Shown here one piece after another: positions 51,669 through 64,000 of a stretch of DNA of 64,000 nt. Position numbers and translations under genes: made by a program. Position 1 is the first letter of the stretch; every line of letters starts with the position of its first letter. The notes below the pieces were generated by a model. That model did no database searches, was not told where the DNA came from, and saw only the letters and a program-made list of their open reading frames with translations. Source of the DNA: Amoebidium appalachense (taxonomy: Eukaryota > Protista > Ichthyosporea); the NCBI GenBank assembly GCA_963693365.1, contig CAVNZM010000006.1, positions 11,163,355 through 11,227,354 on the forward strand, written 5' to 3'.

Positions 51669-52514
51669 CTAGAAGAGGGCCTGCTGCTGGGCGGCCACCC
51701 TGTGCACCAGCTCACTGACCGGGGAGCAGCTGCTGCGTGCAAACAGTGCCTTGCGGCTGCCCTTGCCAGCCTCGCTGCCTGCACGGCCCTCACCCTCGCG
51801 TCGTGTCACCACCTCCCGGTCCCCAAAGCAGCGGCCGTCCGGAAATAGCTCCTGGCGTAGGCTTTGCACCTGTTCGTGTGGGCTTTGGTCAGCCTCTTCA
51901 GCACAACAGCAGAAATGCTTAAACACGAACTACTGTAGCATGCTGTTCTAGTGAGCAAGGGGTTATTTATGTCCAGATGCGCCCATGTCATCAGCACACA
52001 TCACAATGCACACAAATTGAATGCCCACGTCACATCACTATGCACATCTAAAGCACACATCACAATCAGTGTAACAGTTGCTTAGCCTAAATTCCACGTG
52101 TTTTTCTACTGAGCCTTCCGTCTTCCCCCTGCCCACAAGAGTCCAGTTCTTGCTTCCTGTCCTGATGGACCTGCCTACTGCAGCCCACAACAACTCCGCT
52201 GCCTTCAGCCCACCCACCTCAGCCTCTATCTGGGTGACCTGCTCGTCCGTCAGCCGCACTGCGTGTGTGCGTGACCTTCTGTCGTACTCGCTGAAGTATG
52301 TGCGGTACAGCTCGTATGTCTCGTGCGTCTCTACGTGCTCGTTAAAAGACACCCGTCTGTTCAATGCGCTTCTTTGCGCCCGCACTGGTGGCTGCACGGG
52401 CGCACCATTGAGCTTTGCGTGTGCCTTGCTCTGGAAATACGTGCTGTCTGGGGCCTGCCGTGCGGCGGCCGCGGCGGCCACAGCCCCCAAGGCGCGCTCA
52501 CCCACATAAACCAT
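51669..52514 (-). CDS. Small PP1-regulatory protein with Phactr/neurabin/Bni4-type PP1-binding segment, 2 exons, ~165 aa
   Basis: Exons 52514-52218 and 51869-51669 (GTGGGT donor, GCTGAC branch, CAG acceptor). The sequence RRVSFNEHVETHETY...SEYDRR...RLTDEQVTQIEAEVQSLRQE matches RVxF + YDRR + LT...I..EL. Further 5' exons are possible. Confidence 0.75.
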
Positions 52515-52921
52515 GGCTAACGGTCAGGTGGCCCTGCCGGCCCTATGCTAAGGTGCGCTGGCCTGTATTCTCCTGCTTCCTCCGTGAAAGTGTTTCGACG
52601 ATCCGATCGGACCTCTCAGGTACATTAATCAATGGAGACCTCCGGCAACTGAGGCGGCCATCAGGAACTACAGGAATGCATAAGCTAGAAGGTGGAGTTC
52701 ATTCATACACCTATGTGTGGTTGAGGACATAACATAATGCGTGTATTCGAACAACCTGCACACAGTACTCGCCCGACGTTGCTACGGCTATTGTAGTTGC
52801 TACGCCCTCCAACACTTGCTTCGTTGTAAAACATATGCCGTTGGCCCGTTTTGAGGCTTTTAGAATGATGACCAATCCACATCTTTGATACCTAAACGGC
52901 ACCAATTTGTGTGACAGATAG

Positions 52922-52996
52922 CCAATCGACCGTTGCTATATTTCTTAGACCCAATCAGATAATGCCAATCTAGGGCGGAATTTAGGTAATCCAATC
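52922..52996. promoter_or_regulatory. Four CCAATC boxes plus a GGGCGG box upstream of the PP1-regulator gene
   Basis: CCAATC at 52922, 52951, 52965 and 52991, with GGGCGG at 52973. Confidence 0.45.
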
Positions 52997-53873
52997 ACAA
53001 CTCCAAATAGCTTTGGTATTTGCTGGTGGCTAAAGCCACGTCGTTATGGGATCACAAAAAACATGGGACAGATAAGCCGGTAGCGGTGTATGTGGCTCAG
53101 ACATATGAAATCCATATATAATCAGATATGTAATTGTAAGTTTCACCGTTTGAAATAGCATCTGTTACATGGTAGAACTTTATATGTAGACGTGTAGACC
53201 GCAGCGCTCCTGGCTGCAGCACTGGTAGCGGTGCAGTATCCTGGAAGGCCTTGGACGTTGAACACCTGGGAAGGAATCAGATGGCGGTTGATGCTTATTG
53301 GTCGTCACATTAGTAACTCGCATGCTGATTGGCCTAGAATGTATCACATAATGGCACCCGTGCACATGTGCCCTTGAGTGTGATGGGAAGGGGGGGGGGG
53401 GGGGGGGGGGGGGGGGGAGGGGGGGGGAGGGGGGGGGGGAGGGAGCGGGAGGGATGATCGTGTTGGAGAAGACAGGGGCTAGGAATGAAATGTGACCGGG
53501 CGGGGCTGGCTCACTTGGCTAACTCCTCGTATGACGACTTTCGAACAGGGTATCTCTTTGATAAGACGGGAGTCTCGAAGTCTTTTTGTGTGATGCGTGA
53601 TACCCATTCAGAGGAGTCACAGTCAGAGCCCCACTTTTAGCAGTGCAGTACCTTGCAGCTCCGTGTCGGTGCACAAGAGGACAAGCACTACACACAGTTA
53701 GGCCGGCCCTTGCTGGTGCATCAGTGTGCAAGCCCACTGGGTGTGCCCCAGTTTGATAACTACCGTGCTACATGAGCTGCAGAACTAGAAAGAGGCCCCC
53801 GGCCGAGCCGTATTTATTACTATGTGTGGCTGCATGTGGGCCCGCCAGGGCGCCCCCCATATCATTGTGCAGC

Positions 53874-55133
53874 TTAGACCACCTGGCGCAGAGACGCCGT
53901 GATCTGCTTGATCTTGGTGGCCACGCTCAGGTCGATGCGCTTGTCCCCCAGCTCCACAACCAGCCCACCAATCAGAGACGCATCCACCTGCAGCAACACC
54001 GTCAGTCACACAGCCATAGCAGCACCAGTACGTGCACCGAGGTGCAGCACACACACACATACACGACACGCAATGCAAAACGTGGGCACATGTTTTTGAG
54101 ATCCATGCAGAATACCCGTGGTTCACGACGTGCACTCAATAGGCCGCTATGCCTGACAGACCAGCCAACACCTTACCCAAGCCTAATGCTCACAGACTGA
54201 GCTTGGCCATCCACATTCCAAAATGTTCCCTGCTGTGTGGAGAGTGGCAGAACAACCGTAAAAGGGGGACGAGGGTAACACAGCACCTGTGTAATTTGGG
54301 CCTTGCAGGGTGTAAATCACGTCTAGCAGACCACAGCTGCAGAACACAGCAAGACACAAGCACAGGGGAATTATAATCATAAACGAATAAGAGGGTGGAA
54401 GTCAGTGAAGGCCATTGCAACAGGCACGAACCTTGGTGTCCAGCACGAGCGTTTCACCAGACTGCAGGAATCGGTTGAGCTGCTTGGACAGCGCCGTCTT
54501 GTCGGATGCAGACAGCGGCTGTGTGTGTGTGTGTGTGTGCGCGCGCGCGCGTGTGCATGCGAGTACAAGCATTTCCGTGGGATGCGCGTTGCAAGCAGAT
54601 TAGTAAGCGAGTATGCGCACAGGCAGATCCAACAAACATTGAACGAGTATGATCGCAAACATGTCGACATCGTGCAGGATCACGTGTTCTATAAGTTTTG
54701 GTTCACCAAGGGAAACGTAAAAGCACACAAGGAAATATCTGCCCACAGCACAGTGCACATTCTACCACCAATACAAAAAGCACGAGACATGGTGAGTGCC
54801 CGAGGCGGAGTGACAGGACCTTGTCGTGCACTCCATGCAACACGCTCCATGCTCCCCAATCCCTCCCCCCCCACCAACCTCTTTCAACCCATACATTCTC
54901 TCCGCGCCAAACATACAACTCCACTGCCCCCTCCCCTCCGCCTCCAAACACACACACACACACACAGATAACCCCTTTCGCTGCATCCATTGCTTTAAGC
55001 CAATTCCACATGCCTTGCATCATATCCTCCTCACTCTCCCCCCCCCCCCGGACCCCAGCCCGATTTCCCAACTAGAAGCACACACAAACCACACGGCCAT
55101 TCGACTTTACACACCCTGCACGTCAGAGACTGC

Positions 55134-55164
<31 letters not shown>

Positions 55165-55746
55165 AACACACGCACACACACCTTGGCGGAGTATGCGGTG
55201 GCAGCCACCTCCTTGCGCTCAGCACGCATGATGGTGAGGAAGGCATCGATGATGGGGCCGCTCTCCGTCAGCCGGTTGTTGCTGGCAATGATGTCTGTGC
55301 CCAACAGTCAGAGTCAGCCCTGGCACACACCCTACTGGCTGCATCATACGTGAGTGGGTGGGCCTTGCATTTGGGTCGTGTGTATGGGCAAGTTGTGGGG
55401 ACATGGAGGGTCCGCCCCCTGGTTTGCAAAAGTGCACCATTTTATCACGAGCCCCCAGGCCCATTAACGGGTCACCAGGACGACTCACATCTAACGTGCA
55501 TGTGAGGACAGGTGGCTGGCCTCAGAATGTGCACGGCCAGACCACACAGGCAGCGCATGCGATTCTACTGGTCACATGTGCACTTGTGTCTCAGGACCCC
55601 CAGTGGGGACATTCCTTCCTCTCCCCATATTATCAATCGGGTGATGGCCTGTGCCAATCCACTATCTTGGGTATTGTGCCTGTGAATAACATCGTCGAAA
55701 CCTTCAAAGTTACCTTCCTATTTTTTTTGTGTGTGTGTGTACACAA

Positions 55747-55781
<35 letters not shown>

Positions 55782-56142
55782 CAGTCTCAGAGAACGAGTA
55801 CACATTTATGATGGATGACACAATGCAGAGTGCAAAGCACACATAAAAGGTATGCATAATAAGCAGAGTCCGTCCTTAGGGGAGGCCCAAGTCATACACA
55901 GTGCTTCGGCCTAAACCCATTCACGGGGGAGGGGGAAGGGGGGGGGGGGGGGGGGGGGTTTGAATGCGTCAAAAAGTACGAAGTACACAAGAACAAACGG
56001 ATAACACGATGCAGAATGCAAGCCATACATAAAGAGTATGCATAATAAGCAGAGCCCATCCTCAGGGGGGGCCCACGTCATCCACAGTACCCGAGTTTCG
56101 ACCTATTCCCCTCGTTAACGAAACCCAACTCAGATACTGTTT

Positions 56143-56176
<34 letters not shown>

Positions 56177-56841
56177 AAAAGGAACGAGCTGCATTCCTGG
56201 GCATAAGCAATCTTCCAACACATGGCCCCTGTGTCTGTGTGTGCACGAGTGTGTATGCATGCCCGTGTGCCTGAGTGTGCCGTGTGTGCCTGCTTGATTT
56301 CCTGTATTTGCATGTCTGTGAGCCTGTGTGTTCATGCCTGTGTGCCTGTGTGTGCATGCATGTGTGCCTGCTGCACGTACCAAAGAAGTCCGTGGTGAGG
56401 GCCGAGAATCTGCCCTTCTTGAAGATGGCGTTGATGCCGGCCTGCTTCTCCGAACGCTGCAGGGCGGCATTGTGCAGGAAGTCCCTGAAGGCCGGGTTGG
56501 CCGCCACCATGGTCTTGACCACCATGAGCTCCTTCTCCACCTCGTTGAGCGCCTGCAGGTGCACAGATGCACGTGTACGTGAGCACGTGCACGTACACAT
56601 CAACACACACATGCAAATTATGTGCACGGATGCGAACACACACGCAACGACACACGACACGAACACAGAAATTTATGCGCTGTATGCACACATGCATACT
56701 CGCACGGCACACAACCGACAGAAAGTCACACAAAACATGGCTGTGGTCAGTAAGCCCACATGCACATCCCTATTCAATGCCCGTGCTAAACAAAAACGAA
56801 GAAAGACCACAAACACAGTGGCACCACCAGCACCGTTCCAC

Positions 56842-56890
<49 letters not shown>

Positions 56891-58838
56891 GCGCGCACAC
56901 ACACACGCACACCACGTGCAGTCGCGCACACACCACACAGCACCCGAGACAGCTAGTAGTGCAGGCAACACATGCTAGCGCTAACCCAACGACCAACTCT
57001 GCCGCCCATCAACCACGTGTTCTTGTGTATCTGCTGCAGAGCCCCTTGGAGGCCACGGTGCAGGCCTTACTGCCAGCACCTACGTGGCTGAGCCCTCGGC
57101 ATTTTGCTTCTTTCCCATGCCCTCACTCCTTTCCCCTAAATCCATTACAACCCCCTCATCCCTACCCGCCGTTACATATACATACATATGTGCTATACAT
57201 ATCTGTATATATCAGATGATGTATGCAATACTATGCATGTATGCATGCACACACACGCGCACGCAGACTAGATAAGTTCCTCACTCATGAGGGTGCCATA
57301 GGGTTGGGGGAGCAAGTGCAAATGATAGTGGCTAGGGAGCTAGACCACGGCACAGTGCACACATCAAGCACAGAGACACAGTAAGTGCACTGTCTGCAGG
57401 TAGTACAATGCGTTTCCGGGGGGGGGGGGGGGGGGGGGGGAGGGGAGGGCAGCCCCTGTTTGCACAGAAGAGCAAGCACTCACAGCACACACCTGCTTCT
57501 TGGCGGCGGCAGCATAGAGGGCGTGGGCATAGCGGCCAGCAAGGCCGTGCACCTGGATGGGTGCCTGCAGCAGCTCCCAGTCAGTCACACTCCCCCCACA
57601 CAGTAGCACCCCCCCCCCTCCCCCCCCCCTTGAAAAAAACGAACACAGACACACACACACGCTGCGCCCGCACGCACCCAAGCCCGCACGCAAGCAAGCA
57701 AGCACGCACACACATACACACACCATCCCCCGAACCCCAGTGAACAAATCAGATCTATTCCATTCAAACAACTTGCGTACGCCCAGGCAGGCATATGAGC
57801 ACGCATGACGTCCTGTGCCTTTGGCTCCCTAGCCACCAAACTGCCAGCCACGTTGCCCCCTATTTGTGCAACTACAGTATGAAAAAGGTGTGCCAAATTT
57901 CAGTTCCATTTTACGCCAACTCGGTTATTCCTTCCCCCTCACTCCCACCCCCCAACACGCCCATCCACCCACCCAACTCCCGGACCCCTTTCTTTCTCCG
58001 AATATACAAAAAAGGCAAAGCATCAGGGACACCAGCACACACACAACACAAGCACGACATGCATGCACTAAACATGCATGCAGGGTACCCGGATGCAGGC
58101 ACATTCACGGATACATCGTGCTATCAATCGGCAGCCAAGTACATTGCCAAGTACATTCACAACATGCACTCAACAAGCACAGCAAGAGAACGAGAGACAA
58201 GCAACAACAGGCACACCACAAATGGGACTGAAGAAAGTAAGAGACCCAGCACCACATGTATGCACCACACACAGGGAGACCACGTACCTTTACGGCCTGC
58301 GAGGCGGTGGCATAGCCACGGGTGGCCTGCTGATGGGAGAGAAAGGGGTCAGAACACAGCAAGCTGGCACTGGCACAGAAACCCAGAAGCCTCTCCTATC
58401 CGTTACGTGCTCGTACTTGGCTCTTGTGCTACGTGCTGTGCTACGGGAGATGTAGTGTATAGCGCTAGACAGACTAAGTGATGTGCTCATGACATAAGCA
58501 TAGACGTACGGCTAGTAACCCTGCAATCGCTCCCTTTGCCGTGTTCGTCTGAAATAACAACACCTGAACGTGGTCGACTTGCAGCTGCGTATCTGTCACG
58601 GTACAAGAAAGAAGTCGTCGTTTGCTCTGAACATGTGCCTTAGCCTCTGCGGTTTCTTCCCCTGCTCCTTTCCCTGGGTCCTCCCTTCCGTTTGAACATC
58701 CACAAATCTACCCTGCCTTAAAGCCCTTTGATGTAGGCCTTCTAGTGTCTCGTCTTTATCATCAGAGCATGAGTCTCAGGGCAGAGTAAAAGCTTTCCTC
58801 AGGCCACGTACAGAGAGGGCGACTGCTGAGCGGAACAT
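53874..58838 (-). CDS. ATP5PO: Mitochondrial ATP synthase subunit O (OSCP), 7 exons, ~207 aa
   Basis: Exons 58838-58812, 58326-58288, 57564-57493, 56552-56381, 55294-55182, 54518-54432, 53987-53874. Presequence MFRSAVALSATRGYATA, then PIQVHGLAGRYAHALY and VDASLIGGLVVELGDKRIDLSVATKI. Confidence 0.95.
55850..56090. repeat. Diverged direct duplication (~185 bp period) in OSCP intron 4
   Basis: GTATGCATAATAAGCAGAGTCCGTCCTTAGGGGAGGCCCAAGTCATACACAGT near 55850 and GTATGCATAATAAGCAGAGCCCATCCTCAGGGGGGGCCCACGTCATCCACAGT near 56036. Confidence 0.8.
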
Positions 58839-60451
58839 TTTCCTGTGGGTGCTTGGGCGAGAGGGAGCAGTAAAAGTCCACACAGCGGTGTCCGTCTGGC
58901 GCGGGCAGGTGTGCGCGCGCACATAAAGACACAGCGACAAGGCAGGCAAGGGAAGCATGGCCGCAGGCCCCCTAGACTTTTACACTTGCCTTTTTGGGTC
59001 TTTTTAGCTTGACGTGGCGCTAGGCCAATAGGAGCTCGTCTTTATATCTCCCTGGACTAATCTACAAAGCGAATACTCGTACTAAAGAGGATGTAGGCTT
59101 CATCAAGGCCTGCCTCCAAAGTTTTGTGGGGCCCCAATCATCCGGTTGACGGGTAGTATAATACTATTCCTGTGAGAAAGTTAGAAAAAAGCATGCAATA
59201 AAGCTGCATATAGGAGAAGTCCTGTCATATGCCCCTTTACCGACATCCTCCATGCTACCATGACGCGTACGTGCGCTACATGTGCACACGTGAATGCTGG
59301 CATGCATGGCCATGGCCAATGCATTGACAACGTGGCCAATGCATTGACAACGTGCATCCGGAGGTGCTGGCCTGCAACCCGAGTCCAGCAATGGCAAGCC
59401 ATCTGGACCACCGAGCATATGCATGCATATGCCACGGCCACTACCTGTACGGTAGAGTACTGTGTTGTTGCACGTAGCACTGTTAGTAGCATGAGAGCTC
59501 GAGGCACGTATTGCACTGATCATGAGGGCCCGACTCGGAGAGCGCATGCAGCGGGTGGCCCATATACCTGACTGGGTGCTGTGCATGCATTTGGAAAGGC
59601 AGCTGCAGGCATTCGAACAACCAGAATGCAAAAATAGTAAGGTTACCTCTCGCTGTCTGACTCTGAGTCAATGCATATGATGGCCTCTGTCAATAGCCGG
59701 CTATCGGATATCAGTCACTTAGCAATCGAGTTCCGAAATTTAGCTTCAGCCCCCCCTCCAACCCCCCCCCCTCCCCCCCCCCCCCCGGCGGGTAGGCGAG
59801 TCTAGATATATCTGGGTATAACTAAGCTCAATAGGCGAAAGCAATTTCACTTTAGTTTTGATGTCTTTCAAACATATTGACGTTGTGCGGGGGAACCGGG
59901 GAGGGGGAGGGGGCACAAGGGAATCATTCCCGTGCGGATGTATTCAAATACTAAAGTGTATTCACAAAAAGCTGTTTGCACCGACCAGCGGCACCAGAAC
60001 TAAGCACCTGTACGTCAGGTGGGAATAGATACCAGTTAATGCAATTGAAAGTGTTGTGGATGTGTGGTGTGTGTGCTTTATAATTTGTGTTTGTCTTTTG
60101 GCAATGCACGTTCCTGAACACTGAGGGAGTGTTTCTCTTGCTTGCATGCTGCCATTCTATTAAAATGTATGTGCCTGTGTGATAGTGTTTCGCAGCGTGC
60201 ATGATTGTTTGCACTTGAGACATGAAGCAACCACATACGAGCCACATTCTACTTTCACTCATTCCTACCGAGGATCGAAAGTGAAAACATGCAATGCCTC
60301 AAAAAAAACATAAAATTTTCTCTCCTTATCTATTGCCATTGCACCTTCATGCCTAAGCACACAACCCACCCCCCACCTCTTCCATAACTCACTACATGAT
60401 CACATTCAAATGCCCAATCCCATTCCTGCATAGACACATACCCCTATCCGA

Positions 60452-63898
<3,447 letters not shown>

Positions 63899-64000
63899 CT
63901 ATCCAACCAAACCCCCCCAAGTCCACTGTCTCCTCCCATCGGTGATGGGATTAGCCGGGAGAGTAAAGGAAGAAATGGAGCATTTGGGGGGAGACGGGGG

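Overview
This is intron-rich eukaryotic genomic DNA, not prokaryotic. Gene content and PHB1 exon sizes point to a holozoan, probably a unicellular relative of animals such as an ichthyosporean (inference, not checked). Introns are packed with (CA)n/(TG)n microsatellites and long C/G homopolymers, so almost all ORFs in the supplied track are artefacts. I assembled spliced genes by hand using splice sites, phase consistency and remembered family motifs, with no database search. The genes are: a partial first exon of a divergent gene, prohibitin 1, an astacin metalloprotease, a 7-exon orphan gene, a ~25-exon FIRRM/C1orf112-like gene, a 16-exon THNSL2-type threonine synthase, a PSI-domain single-pass membrane protein, a small Phactr/Bni4-type PP1-binding protein, ATP synthase OSCP and a partial tail-anchored ankyrin protein. 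Intergenic DNA holds a decayed non-LTR reverse transcriptase, a palindrome-array MITE, a possible hAT relic and several minisatellites. The best leads are unusual splicing and two hairpin-dense candidate structured RNAs. The splicing oddities are acceptors built on (CA)n or poly-A, GC donors, and two homology-predicted acceptors that lack AG. No CRISPR array, tRNA or rRNA was seen, and nothing here proves a new system.
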